DNA of 64,000 nt, from assembly GCA_964016885.1 (NCBI GenBank), contig OZ024740.1, positions 328,972,001 to 329,036,000 on the forward strand, written 5' to 3'. The position numbers were made by a program, and so were the translations under genes. Positions 40,090 to 53,217 of this stretch are shown here, piece after piece; position 1 is the stretch's first letter; every line of letters begins with the position of its first letter. The notes under the pieces are model-generated. The model was not told the origin of the DNA. It saw nothing but the letters and a program-made list of their open reading frames with translations, and did no database searches. The DNA is from Eledone cirrhosa. Lineage: Eukaryota.

Positions 40090-40770
40090 AGTTACTTATT
40101 TATCAGTTTGCTTTTTAGCATTCCTTGGACATCTGTTCTTGTAGGGACTATTTCGATTTCAGCACCGATAATTGTGTTATCTCTTTTCTGTATCTTTATA
40201 TTTCGGTAAATCCTCAATTTCGTGAGAGATACATTCTCACTTGCTAGAGATAATGCGACGACTAGGTGGCGCGTGTGTCCCTGGTGGAATATAAGAATAA
40301 TAATTCTTCCTGCTTGTGTGTACAGGTACATCTCGGATGATGGTAACATTCACATGCTCAGACCATTTCTAGTGAATATAATTGTCAACTCCTTTGTGTT
40401 CTAATGGCACAATATTTGATTAACATCCAGTGTATGTGAATGCACATGAGGGATGATTACATTTATCCTAAAGCTGTGTAGTTTTAGTCTCTAATTAACT
40501 TTGTTTTTACTTGTCACTAGTGAAATGAGTTCAAAGATTAAGAGATTGGCGCTCATTACGAAGAAGTATTTGTCATTATATTTGACGAGCTGGTACTTGC
40601 CCTTCCATTTTCCTCCTTTGCGATCTAGTCATAGACCTGGAATTCGTGAAAAAGTAAGGACCTGGTGGTCCATTCGCTGTTATGATCGCGGTACAACGCG
40701 CGTCTGTGACCATGAAATATCACTATTTTCGCGGTTCACACATTTGTAAGGGCAAGAAAAAAGTGTAGTA
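40090..40770 (-). pseudogene. Decayed R4/Dong-like non-LTR retrotransposon C-terminal (restriction-like endonuclease) remnant
   Basis: Minus-strand pieces in different frames HIHWMLIKYCAI, VTIIRDVPVHT and EIEDLPKYKD recall the IHW / WDxPVxTD / KxxKYxDL motifs of R4-clade elements. Confidence 0.45.
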
Positions 40771-40928
40771 TAGATAACAATTGGTATTTAGAGGAGGGTC
40801 TCTAGGTCATGCAATATTACTAAATGTCTAAGCCATATGTTGAATGATTTGGGGTGTATAACCCAACGGAACATAATCATCTGCATATATCAGATTTGTA
40901 ACTAATTATCTATTTATTTATCTTTCAA

Positions 40929-41027
<99 letters not shown>

Positions 41028-41070
41028 GCACACACAGATACGCACACACACACACACATATATATATCTA

Positions 41071-41104
<34 letters not shown>

Positions 41105-42894
41105 GACAGTATAAAATTTATTTTATATTTTTCTCGAGATATTTCGAATTACATTTTCGAATGGTTTTCCTTCCTAGAACGCTAGGGAATTATAAAAGTT
41201 ACTGATGTTATATCTCTTTTCTTCTTTACTTCATTTTTTAAATTTCCTCTCGGTAGGCCGCATGATGCGACAGCTTCGGGCATAGTCACGCTGGGAAATG
41301 GTAGTCTCGTCAATTATCACTGATGTCACTTTAGCTGCTGCGCGGTGGAGTTGGTGACTGTAAATAAATGGCTTCTTCTTAGATATCTTTCCGTTTGCTG
41401 TATAAGCAATTTAAACTGAAAGATTTTGTTACAGATACAAAATATTCAGATATACTTACTAATAAAACATTATTTTGAAATTCGTTTAGAGTACAGGGCA
41501 TTTTAACTCTCGTTCTCCTTTACTCATCTTATTTCTACACACACATAGACACACACACATACGTACACACACACACACGTATGTACGTATGTATGTATGT
41601 ATGTATTTATAATCACACTACTATCTGTAACATATCGTATATGAACGCAATGCATGAATCCTTTGTCGAGAAACAATAAATACCATTATGTCATTTGTAG
41701 TATGTTCTGTATTCAGTTAAGATATTTCCCTACCCAACACCTACACAGTTAATCCATTGAGAACGTCATAATCATTACATACCCAATTCCCACCACTTAT
41801 AACCTGGTGTCTCTCTGTCTAGTTTAAAAAAAAAATCATTTTATTATCATTGAAATTGCTATTACGGCTTCCATTCAAAATGATTATATATCTTTCTTTG
41901 GGAAGACGAGATTTATTCAGCACATTGAATAATGTACATTTTACTCCATTAACAATTGTATCATCCCTAAGTATGTGAAAGAAGTGATGATGCAGTTGGC
42001 GTCATTAAACGAACTTTTTATGCGTGTGTATACGCATGAGTATATGTCTATATGGATTATGCGTGATGAATTGAAAGTAGAATGCACAGTAACAGTAATA
42101 GCAACATTGGAGGAGTGCCATTTACTGAGAAATCTTCCTTAAGGAGTGATGGGTTGAATAATCTCTCGAAAGGAGAATTGATATGTGTAGGATGTGAGTA
42201 AATTCAGTTAAGAGTAGAGGTCATCTTGACAAGTTATTAAAATAACCGGCTTCAAATTGTTGATCAAAATACTTTGGAAGCCCCCTAATGTAAGGAAACG
42301 CACCGGAGCGTCTCTTCCAAAGATAATATTCCATGAAATATAAGTTAATCGAGTCCTTCCTAAAATATTTAAGCCCACCAACAACACAGTATAACCAACA
42401 AATACATTTAGCATGTTTTTCAATGTTTCACGGAGAGAACGGCAGTGCGCCTGATCATTTTGCGGACAACGAAGAAAGTATTCTTTAACCGAAAATCTGA
42501 ATTGAATGCCGGAAAAAGCGGGGGCTCAGCGACTGCTATCCAATGGTTAGGAGGTAGTGTTAATCCTGGCGTCGGATTAAGCCTACCATCCGAAAAAGAT
42601 CGTTACAGGATTTGAATTTGAACGAAAGCAAACCGCAGAATATCTATCCTGACAATGTAAGAACTCCACGCATCAAACACCACGGACTGCTGCTTTACCA
42701 TCGATCCTTTAGTGGTGGAATGCAAAGTTGACTTCGAAGGGATTTGTATTCACAGCGTAGAATACCGAAACATATAAGGCGAAGTATTTTCACTTACGAT
42801 CTAATGTCTCTGATATTCACGTATACATGCATACAATATATCTATCTATATATCTACCTAACAAAGAAAGATATCTATCTATCTAATAAAGAAA

Positions 42895-43310
42895 GGTGAA
42901 TGGCTACCTATCAGATCCATTCCAAATCATGCGTTCCATCCGTGAGAGATTCCCTCTCTCCTCCATTCTGTATGTACTGACTCTCGAGCCGTTACTGCGG
43001 AAGTTGGAGCTGTTGCAGTGCATCCCGATCGAACCAGAACTGCGGAAAGCAGCGTCGCCCTATGCCGACGACATAACCGTAATGGTGTCGAAAACCTCGG
43101 AAATCGGAGTAATGGGCAACCTATTACAGGAATACGAAAAGTTGACAGGAGCAAGACTAAACCCAAACAAGTCTGTCGGTTTGCAACTCGGCACATGGAG
43201 AGGCAAACCCATGCCTTCCGACAGTGTCGTTGGACGCTGGACGGAAGGATGCCCGGTGAAATTGCTCGGGGTCTGGATTGGTCCATACATCCAGGTGGAC
43301 AAGAACGGAG
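42895..43310 (+). pseudogene. Tx1-clade reverse transcriptase fragment
   Basis: RSIRERFPLSSILYVLTLEPL..PYADDIT..LNPNKS..KLLGVW, highly similar to ORF 47798..48415. Preceded by (TCTA)n. Confidence 0.9.
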
Positions 43311-43370
43311 TTTCAGAAGATCCCGTTAAGGGTTAAAGCAGCGATTCTTTGCTTAAACTTTAATCTGTTA

Positions 43371-43425
<55 letters not shown>

Positions 43426-43469
43426 AGAAGAAGTTTATGAAACGGAAATGCGGGTATAAAGAATTTATT

Positions 43470-43586
43470 AGGTAACAATTGTTTCTATAGTGTATGGGTT
43501 ACCTATACCTCGCTATTTGAATAATATAAAAATATTATCATAAACCGAAGGTAAACTGCAAGCAAACACACCATGTCGTCAGACCT
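43470..43586 (-). ncRNA. Type I hammerhead ribozyme in the PLE 3' end
   Basis: Minus strand AGGT-CTGACGA-CATGGTGTGT...ATACACTATA-GAAAC-AATT-GTT|ACCT. Intact core, 9-bp stem II with a long loop, palindromic stem III. Confidence 0.8.
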
Positions 43587-43995
43587 TTGTATTGGAATGA
43601 TATGAAAATATTTTATACACTAGATAAAAGAGAAAGAAGGAGGTAGGAAGAGAAGGGGAATAGGGAAGTGAGTAAGGGGAGGGAGTCCTAGGATTTAAGA
43701 CTGTCAGACTAGTAGAGATTGTAAGGAGAGAATGTTTTGGCAGCAGTTAGCTTAATTAAGCGTGTTAGGGTTGGCGGGGGAAGTAAATTCTTCTAGTGGT
43801 GTTGTTTGGACAAAATTCAGTCAAAGGGGTCAAAGTGGTACAGAGTTACAGACAAGTTATTGGGGTTATTATAGTAGCATGTTATTTCTAAAGGGGTCCA
43901 GAAAACAGTGTTTAGTACTATTATTGTAGAATGCCATATCTTGTGTATAAACATATAAAACAGAAATTTGCAAACGGTGGTGTAAAAAGGTAACA

Positions 43996-45582
43996 TTACA
44001 TGCATTTAAAAAAAGAAAAAGTCGTTTTCAAACGTTGGTTACAGTACAGTGAACGTTCAATTTTGCTGTTCAAAAGTTTGTTTACCGACGTTAAAATGCA
44101 GTATATCTCCATATTGCATAATTTACAGAATCGATGATTTTGCTTATATGCAGGCGCAACTGCAAAAATTTGCCAATCAAGGGAGAATGCTTGATTGTTC
44201 CTCAGGAGCTGCCAGGCTTTATCGGCGAGGGTTGTTACGGAGCGCATTTTCTCGTGCCTGATCGAAGATCGATGTTGGTATAGGCGAGCTTTGAAAGAAG
44301 TTGCGGTACATCCGACGTAATAACATTTGTTGGTTCCGGAATTTATTGTACATCGGTAGACAATATTGCGTGCTAGGCACTGGTTATTCAGTGGGCACGT
44401 ACCTGGTTTGGTGCAGTTACAATTATTTTTATGTTTTGCAGTAGTATCCTGGATAGTTTGGTGGGGTTGTAGTTGCGTGTTAGTGCGTTGTATGTTGCTA
44501 TGCTGGTGCGCTGAGTCATTAGGGATGTACTTATTTAGTATTGTTGAGTTGAGTTTTTTAATTAGTTGTTCTATGTTAGGTGCAGTGGAGTATGAGAGTC
44601 TAATGGTGCGCGAGTTAAAGATTTTATAGTATTTATGTGAAGTTGTAAAGTGTTTATTGATTAGTGTATAGAATTGTGAGATAATCTTAGTGCTAATAGA
44701 AATATTGTACACAGGGTTATACCATATGTACTCTCTACGTCTGACTCTATTTGCTGGTTTGCACCTATTAGACCTATTAGTATGCCTATTGATGTGTGTG
44801 TGTGGTGCAATACTAGTTCGACTTAGATGTGTTTTATTCATAGTACTTATGTAGTTATCGTCTAGATATTCTATTTTCTCGCAGTAACCAGCTTTTCTAA
44901 GTGCGTCATTATAATATTCAGCATGCTCGTTGAAGGTCTGCAAATTAGACGACAGTCGGGAGATCCTTATGGATATATTTTTAGGGATAGTTTTAATAAT
45001 GGAATGGGGATGGTTCGATTTTACATTAACGTACTTGAGATTTTCATTAAGTTTGTGAAATGGCTCTATATTACCGTTATTAAGGTTGAAGGTGACATCC
45101 AAGAAGTTGACCACCTTAAGATTGTGTTCGAAGGTAATATTAAGCCCTAGTTCTAAGAAAAGTTTCCTAATGTTTTTACGTCGCCTTTCTAGGTTTAGTT
45201 TGTTCATATTCTTGACTAATAGAAGTGTATCGTCGCGGTATATTCCGCCGTGTAGGTCCGTAAATTCGCTCTGGAGTCTGTGGGCTATATAGATCCCAAA
45301 CATATCCGTGACCTCCGCCGAATCATTAGAACCCATCGTAATGTCGAATTCCGAGGGTCTATCTCTGCGGACCCAATAACTATTTTCAAAATGCACTACT
45401 GTACGTCTAGCTTCAAGTATAATATTAATTTCCTCGTTTGTGAGGTCCGAGTTAGTCTTAGCGAATGAGAGGGCCTTATGCAGGGTTTCGGGTGAAATAG
45501 AGGAATAGTATTCATCTATATCGAATTGAATAAAAGAAGATTTGTTTTTGTCACTAATGTTATTGAACCATCTTATTGCCTG
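43996..45582 (-). CDS. PLE polyprotein, partial: reverse transcriptase plus GIY-YIG endonuclease
   Basis: Frame continues upstream of 45396 (WFNNI..FIQFDIDEYYSSI). Motifs FDITMGSNDSAE, GIYRDD, FLDVTF, SNHP, WYNP, CNCxxxxxCPLxxxC, NIVY..YYVG..FKARLYQH and CKLC. The N-terminus is missing, so it is probably not expressed. Confidence 0.9.
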   Translation of the reverse strand, partial: QAIRWFNNISDKNKSSFIQFDIDEYYSSISPETLHKALSFAKTNSDLTNEEINIILEARRTVVHFENSYWVRRDRPSEFDITMGSNDSAEVTDMFGIYIAHRLQSEFTDLHGGIYRDDTLLLVKNMNKLNLERRRKNIRKLFLELGLNITFEHNLKVVNFLDVTFNLNNGNIEPFHKLNENLKYVNVKSNHPHSIIKTIPKNISIRISRLSSNLQTFNEHAEYYNDALRKAGYCEKIEYLDDNYISTMNKTHLSRTSIAPHTHINRHTNRSNRCKPANRVRRREYIWYNPVYNISISTKIISQFYTLINKHFTTSHKYYKIFNSRTIRLSYSTAPNIEQLIKKLNSTILNKYIPNDSAHQHSNIQRTNTQLQPHQTIQDTTAKHKNNCNCTKPGTCPLNNQCLARNIVYRCTINSGTNKCYYVGCTATSFKARLYQHRSSIRHEKMRSVTTLADKAWQLLRNNQAFSLDWQIFAVAPAYKQNHRFCKLCNMEIYCILTSVNKLLNSKIERSLYCNQRLKTTFSFFKCM

Positions 45583-45991
45583 TATATATATCTATATATA
45601 TATACGGGGTAACAGATTATTGTTATAGGTAGTCCACTTAAGTGGAGTCCAGTTAGGGTACTCCGAGTAGTGGATGATATCAACGTTTGGCTAAGTTTGA
45701 CTCAACAAGGCGTTTCCATAGTGATGCTGCGAGTACGTGGTAATTTCTATGTTCTTAACCTTTTTTGTATAGTAAACCGTGTCACTCTTTGTTCCTGATT
45801 TATATATATATATTATATATATGTACGTATGTATATCGTGGGTTCAATCGGGGTTATTCAAAGTACTTAATTTGCACAATACATAGACAATATACAATAT
45901 TTAATATTTAATCAGGGCTTTTCTGATGGTTTCCCGCGAAAGAAAAGGTTCCAGTCCTGTAGAAGCCATTTCTCTCTCTATATATATTATC

Positions 45992-46040
<49 letters not shown>

Positions 46041-46404
46041 TGTTAGTAAAACGAGCTGTATTGCCCCACGCTAATATATTTTTCCAAAATATGGGGCGGT
46101 TCTCTAAATATCAAGTTGACAGAGCTATATAGTGCAATCTTCTATAGAAAACAAATAACGGACGGAAAGGGTAGACTGAATAAATTTACACCCTGAAATA
46201 GAGCTTGGTTATAGAGTGCTAAAATAATTAACAAAATTACATCAATATTAAGCATGCGCTAAATAAAGCATCAGGAAATGACACAAATACATAATATAGA
46301 TTTTATAACTGTATCCACAGACTGAAGGCAGCACCTATGTATTCGGGCCCTGGTAAAGATAATGATGACTTCCTCTACCTTTCTGACTTTACAGTGAAAC
46401 ACAT

Positions 46405-46489
46405 CAGATAGATGGATACATTGATAAATAGATACATAGATACATAGATGGGCAGAGAAGATAGATAGATAGATAGATAGATAGATACA
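46405..46489. repeat. (GATA)n microsatellite at the Tx1 3' junction
   Basis: AGATAGATAGAT run adjoining the element tail (minus strand ..CTTGTGGCTAATAAATAGAATAAATAGAAAT). Confidence 0.9.
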
Positions 46490-49400
46490 TTTCTATTTAT
46501 TCTATTTATTAGCCACAAGGGCGCACACAAATGGGACAGTACAATGACATATGGCGGGGATTTTACATGTAGTCGAGTAAGAAATGAAAATAACAGTTTA
46601 ACAAAGCAAATCAACAATCGAAATCCCCAATAAGGGGAGAGGCGCTTCAACGAGCATACCCCGTAGAAATAATAATCCTCAACTCCAGGAGCACGAAGTG
46701 CAAGTGCTCCTTTCCTCCTTTCTTCCTCTTCCTTGGCCTACAGATTTATATACAGAGAAGGCCCAATCACTCGGGCCATTTTCGCTACATTCACCCACCT
46801 TTCAGCAAATTGGCTCGGATGCAGCGCCTCTCTCTCCACACTTATTTATTTTCCTTCTGAAATGGTATTTAAAGAAGGTAATAAGTTGTGGTCCGGAGAG
46901 AAAGGCGTCTGTCCTCAGCCTCTCAATCTCATCCACCATATAACCTCTTTCACCATAGCCACCATACAGAGAAAAACCGCCTCTTCTTCGTTTTTAAAGG
47001 GGGGCGGTGGTTTTATTCTCACTATGGACTTGCAGGTCAACTGTATTTGTCCCACACATGACAAATGTCGCTCTACGTAGCTCCACAGGTCGGTTACCTC
47101 CGGGAAGTGTACGACTCCGTGCGAGACGGTTTCAATGTCCCGCTCGCATCTTGGACAGATCCTTTTTGCGGGATTACTGCCCCGGCGTCCGTATCTGTAG
47201 AGCTTGTATCAAACTGGCAGAGCCCCACTGCCATGCCATGGACTTTTGGAAGTTGTCCATGGGTCCCGGTCGGAATGTCCTACCGGACAGACTGGCTAGT
47301 TCTCCCTCATCGACGCCCAGAGTCTCTCCGAGAACGTCGTCGCACCTGTCCTCCACTAATCCTCTATAGAATGTTGAGGTGGAGTCTCCGCTGATTGCTG
47401 AGTCGGCTTGGTAGACGGCTGTGAGCGCCTGGGCACATTCACTGTATCACTCGCCCATTTTTTCCGATCTTTTCTTGACCCAGGACTGCAGCTCCGTTAG
47501 TGAGATGAGCAGCGGGAAAGCTTGTCTCACAAACGGGGTCCATACCGGCTGGCCGCGAAAGAATACCTGTATATGCCGTAGCCTCAGCGCATATTTTCGC
47601 ATCATCAGCCACGGCATCCCCAGCCCTCCGTTAGAAGGGTGCTGGCAGCAGATGGATCTTCTCACCAGCAGAGGCCGCTTCTTCCAAAGGAATTGGAATA
47701 GTATGCGTTCCATTCTGGTGATTTGAACACGGGAACAAGGCATGACGGTGAAGCGGTAGTAGATGACGGACGCTATGAAAGTGTTCGCTACCTCCGCTCA
47801 AACTTTTAAGGATAGTTTGAACTCGGCCCACACCTGGGTGAGCGCAAACACCTTGGCCGCGCCCTCGTTCCAGTTTTTCCCCACCTGGAGGTCTGGTCCG
47901 AACCAGACCCCGAGCAATTTCACCGGTCCTTCCGTCCAGCATCCGACGACGTTGTCGGGTGGCATCGGTTTTCGCCTCCACGTACCGAGTTGCAAACCGA
48001 CGGACTTCTCCGGGTTTAGTTTTGCTCCCGTCAGCGTTACGTATTCTTTCAGTAAGTTGCCGATCACCCCGATTTCCGAGGTGCTCGACACCACTACTGT
48101 TACGTCGTCTGCGTAAGCCGACGCCGCTTTTCGCAATCCTGGTTCCAACGGGATGCCCTGCAACAGCTCCAATTTCCGTAGTAGTGGCTCTAGAATCAAT
48201 ACATACAGAATGGAGGTGAGATGGAATCCCTGTCGGATGGAACGCGTGATTTGGAACGGCTCCGAAAGGAAGCCGTACACCTTGACTCTCGAGCAGATGT
48301 TGCTGAGCATGGCAGCAATCCATCCTCTGAAGACGGGTCCGAAACCGGCCGCCTTAAGAACTGCTTGATAGGTATCGACCGTCGACCCTATCAAAAGCCT
48401 TAGATTGATCCACATTGATCAGAGCCTCACCGAATTCAGGTTTACACCCTACCCTCTCTATGATGTATCGCATGAGGTTGAGATTGTCGTGTATGTACCT
48501 GTTCGGGATTGCGCACGTTTGCGCTTCCCCTACCAGCTTCCCGACGACAAGCGCCAACCTCTTTGTTAACGCCTAGGCCAAAATATTGAACTCTGTGTTG
48601 AGCAGAGTTATGGGCCTGAAGCTGCTTATCACGTCCCCCTTGTTCTCGTCTTTCCTGATCAGCGTTACTACGCCTCTGCCCACAGAACTGGGAATTCTCC
48701 CGTTCTGTTGCCTGTTGCAGTAAACCGCTTCGAGGACGCCAGAGAACAAGTCTGGCATGCCTATGTAGAATTCATAAGGTAGACCATCTAGACCGGGAAA
48801 CGCAAATCTCACGGTCTAGATGGTCTACCCTATGAATTCTACATAGGCATGCCAGACTTGTTCTCTGGCGTCCTCGAAGCGGTTTACTGCAACAGGCAAC
48901 ATAACGGGAGAATTCCCAGTTCTGTGGGAAGAGGCGTAGTAACGCAAATCTCCCGTGATCGGCCTTTCGCAGAACTTTCGAGAGTTGCGGTAGGACGTCG
49001 AGGCATGGACCGAAGTCCATTGCCCCGTTCGACGCACCGCTCTGCTCGAACAGTTGTGCCAAGAGCCGCTGGAAGGCCGCGCACATTTGCTGCGAGTCAA
49101 ATAGCACGCATCCGTCTTTGTCTTTCAAGGACCGAATTGTGGACTTGTTGCCACGTTTTGCCTCGGCCACTCGGGCCCAGCTGACAGCTTTGGCTCGTTC
49201 GTTTCCTAGAGCACGTGATCTACTTCTGACAACACAGCCTTCGTGTTTCGCATCGAAGACCTGGTCCAGTGCCGTTCTCGCTGCTAGCACGCTAGCTGTG
49301 TTGCCACCCCTGAGAGCCTCTTCTATCCTAGCTACTAGTTCTTTCTCCCTCTTATATTTCTCTAACGCTAGTTCTTTGCTAAACTCTTTAGATTCTAATT

Positions 49401-52305
49401 GTTTACTTGAGAGAGTGCCACCATCTGTTATTGATGATGGCCCCTGTCATTTGTTGCTTAACTAAACCACTAACACGCCTACAGTAGGCTTTACGTTTCG
49501 GTAACGACAAGTTCAGTTTTCAGTAGCCGGATCCCTGTCTATGTATTCTATCATGGTTGACTATGCAAGTCACTAATTTGTGGTTCGAATAGGCAACCAT
49601 GAACATTTGTGGACAGCTTAACATTTCCCTATCATTTTCTCTAATGATGATCCTATCTAAGTACGATCTAGAAGTCGCACTACGGTTTGTCCACGTCCAC
49701 AGTGGCGCAGTTGGGAAGTCTAGTCGGTATCTATCGGCCAGTTGGAATTGACTGATTAGATCTTTAAGGCTGTTGCACCCCCCTCTATTGGGACATGTTC
49801 CCACATAGTCCCAACGTGCGTCTAGGATGCCATTCCAATCCCTCACTAACAGTAAGGAGCGAGACGTTCCCAGAAAGGACCCTAGACGCTTGAAGAAGTC
49901 TGGTCGCGATGTTCCACTAGGAGCATACACGGCCACCAGGCTGAAGGCTCTGCCTTCACTAATGTTCACGTCGAGGACCACCAGTCTACCTTCCGGGTCC
50001 AAGTGAACTTCCTGTACTGCGAGGTCCAGGTTTTTCCTAAACAAAACAGCAACTCCCCTCCACCTCCCAGCTGACAGAGAGATGCGTAGATCTCAAAGTC
50101 ACCGAAGATGGAAATTAATTGCTGCTTGTTGTGGATCCTGGACTCGCTGATGGCTATCACATCCATACTGTGCGACCTGAGGTCATTTAAAAGTTGGCTC
50201 TGTTTCCAGGGCATCCCCAGGCCACGAACATTCACACTTCCCACTCTTATACTCGCCATGTTGGTAACGAAGAGTTTGAAAAGAACGAAAAGACCCACTT
50301 ACCTTTTCGTTTCCTGGAGATCAGGTTGTCATAGGGGTGTTGGTGGGGGTCATTTAGTGGTGTGGTTGTGGTGTTTGTTGTGGTGGTGGTGTTTGTTAGG
50401 ATGGTGGTGTTTAGTGGGATGGGGGTGTTTGGCGGGATGGAGGTGGGGTGTTTGATGCGGTGGGGAAACATTTAAAAAGTACCCTGTTGATAGGTTTTAG
50501 ACAAGGGTTCCCTACGTCCTCCGTGAAAGTTTCTTTTAAAGATTTGTAGGTGTCTATTGGGACCCTTATCATCTTCAGGTGGGGTTTGTCTGCGCACCTT
50601 GTAAATGTTTTCCCTTCGGTGCAAGCCGAAGGGTATTTGGAGATGATCTCCATTAGATTTTTGTTTGTGTATTTATATATGCATATTGTTGTTGTGTTGT
50701 TTTGTGCCTCTGGATGGACAATCCTACATTCACATTTCTGCCAAGGGCGAGAAGCCTAGCTGTTTCAAATGTTTCAGCACAACACATTTGAAGGCTTCTT
50801 GTCCTCAACTTGTACACAAAACAAAAAAAACACTACTGCCAACACCAAAAACACCACTACCACCACGACCACAGCAACAACAACAACACAAAAAAATAAT
50901 AAGTTTAACCACAAACACAGTCCCACCCAACCCCACTCCACGTAAAACTACCACAACAATACCCACAAACATAACACCTCCACAAAACATACCCCTCCCA
51001 CACAACCGACGAGGCACCTTCAGCATCCCTAAGCGAGGTTGGTGTTTGTGTTTGGAGTGGTGTTGTGGTTTGTTTTTCAGGAGGGGGAGTTTCTGTTTGT
51101 GGTGGTTTTTGTGTTGATTGTGTTGGTGGTTGTATGTTTGTGGTAATGGCTGTTGTTTTTTTGTTTTTGTGGTGTCGTTCTTTTCTTTTTGGACGGAGAG
51201 GCTCTCCTTCGTGATTGCTTAGGGATGCTGAAGGTGCCTCGTCGGTTGTGTGGGAGGGGTATGTTTTGTGGAGGTGTTATGTTTGTGGGTATTGTTGTGG
51301 TAGTTTTACGTGGAGTGGGGGTGGGTGGGACTGAGTTTGTGGTTAAACTTATTATTTTTTTGTGTTGTTGTTGTTGCTGTGGTCGTGGTGGTAGTGGTGT
51401 TTTTGGTGTTGGCAGTAGTGTTTTTTTTTATTTTGTGTACAAGTTGAGGACAAGAAGCCTTCAAATGTGTTGTGCTGAAACATTTGAAACAGCTAGGCTT
51501 CTCGCTCTCGGCAGAAATGTGAATGTAGGATTGTCCATCCAGAGGCACGCGTTGTTCCATTTTTGCTTTCCGTTCTGGCCTCATCTGGACCAGAATTTGA
51601 AGGCTTGTACCACTCCATGTGTTTCTGGAAGACTTTCCTATCGAAACAATGGTGTCTTGATCAATATCAATAAAGCCTGTTAGAAACCACCAGACGTTTA
51701 CGTTTGGTGGAATGTTTGCAATTTATATTTTTTGAGTCCTTTTTCCCATGTATGTAAGGAAAAAGGTGTATGCAGAAGACACAATTGGAGCCACAGAATA
51801 TTCCTGGGCCGTCAATTGGTCCTTCATTAAAATGGAAATGCTGCCATACAGCTTTCCTCTTTGTATGAAGGCAATGTCCTTCATTGCGTCTCTCAAGGTC
51901 AGTTCAATGTCATTTTGTGTGAGTTCAACTGGCTCCTCGTCTCATTCGAAATGGTTCGAAAGAGGAGGGTCCTCAATATTGTGTCCCTACGCACTTCCGG
52001 AGGTGAGTTGATGCTGAAGCTCCACTTTTTCAGAAAGTTACATATGGTTTACTTTTCAGTAACATCTCCTTAGCATTCGAATTCTCTAAGGAGATGTACT
52101 GTTCAATCTTTTGCACTGTTTGTGCAAAAGACGCTTTCTTGTTGTTGTTGTTGGTGGTGGTGTTGCTGTCGTCGTTGTTGTTGCTGTTGTTACTGCTGGT
52201 GTCGTTGCTGCTGTTACAACTGCTGTTGCTGCTGCTTCTGTCGGTGTTGCTGCTATTGTTGTTGTTGTTGTTCTCTTTGATGTTAGTGTTGTTGTCCGTG
52301 TCGTA
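46490..52305 (-). mobile_element. Tx1-clade (L1) non-LTR retrotransposon, copy A, decayed
   Basis: ORF1 remnant with CFKCFSTTHLKASC knuckle. ORF2 with APE endonuclease, RT and C-terminal Cys motif. 3' UTR with AATAAA. Many frameshifts and two inverted duplications. Confidence 0.92.
46738..50259 (-). pseudogene. Tx1 ORF2 (AP endonuclease, RT, zinc-binding C-terminus), copy A
   Basis: MASIRVGSVNVRGL, AISES, GRLVVLD, VYAP, DWN, SYLDRI, SNH, PGLDGLPYEFY, RPITLLNTE, DQSKAFDRV, RQG, YADD, GGLGMP. Confidence 0.93.
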
Positions 52306-52392
52306 GTTGGTGGTGTTGTATTTCTCTCTCGGCTTCTCTATCGAATGGGCCCTGTTTGTATTTCTCTCTCGGCTTCTCTATCGAATGGGCCC

Positions 52393-53213
52393 TGTTTGTG
52401 AGGCGAGCCTTTCCGAGACTCGTCTCGCTCACCGAGCTGCAGTCCTGGGTCAAGCAAAGACGGAGAAAACTGGGCGCCTGGCACACCGAGTGTGCCCAGG
52501 CGCTCACAGATCTCTGGCAGGCGGACCCGACTATCGGTGGAGACCCCACCTCGTCATTCTATAGAGCGCTGGTGATTAGTAGGTGCGACGACGCCCTCGG
52601 ACACGCCCTAGGCATGGAGGAAGACGAACTGGCCAGCCTATTCGGGAGGACATTTGGCCCGGGACCTATGGACAACTTCCAGAAGTCTCTGGCCTTGCAG
52701 TGCTACTGAGGGGCGCTGCCCGTTCGAGAAAAGCTCTACAGAAACGGGCGCCCGGGTAGGGACCCCTCGAAAAAAATCTGTCCCAGATGCGTGCGCGACG
52801 AGGAAACCGTTGCGCACGCATTGGTACACTGCTCGGGCGTTGCCGATCTGTGGGGCTATGTCGATGGACTGCTGTCACGGGAGGAACCAATCCGGTTGAC
52901 CACTGAGTCCATATTAACGATCAAGCCTCCTCCCCCCTTCAACAATGAAGGAGAGGCGGTCTTCCTCTGTGTAATAGCCATGGTGAAAGAGGTGGTATGG
53001 TGGACACGTTTGAAAGGGCTGAGGTCGGACACCTTTCTCTCCGGCCAACAACTGGTCCTTTTCTTTAAATACCATTTTAAGAGAAGGATCAGAATGGAGA
53101 GAGAGGTGCTCTACCCCAGCAAGTTTTATGAAAGGTGGGTGAAAGTAGCGAGAATGGCCCGTGTGAATGGGCCTTCTCTCTTTATCAGCCTGTAGGTGGA
53201 AAGGTGGAAGTGC
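52393..53213 (+). pseudogene. Inverted 3' part of Tx1 ORF2 (C-terminal domain plus start of 3' UTR)
   Basis: FVRRAFPRLVSLTELQSW..CPRCVRDEETVAHALVHC..ERWVKVARMARVNGPSLFISL*, homologous to 46738-47540(-) but in opposite orientation to its neighbours. Confidence 0.9.
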
Positions 53214-53217
53214 AAAG

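Larger units (their letters stand above)
43423..45582 (-). mobile_element. 5'-truncated Penelope-like retroelement, Naiad/Chlamys-type
   Basis: RT plus GIY-YIG ORF, a 3' UTR carrying an HHR, and (TA)n at both junctions. Confidence 0.92.

Noticed and set aside
43996-45396. Selenoprotein-type Naiad (in-frame UGA)
   Set aside because: The visible frame has Cys at all motif positions and no in-frame TGA.
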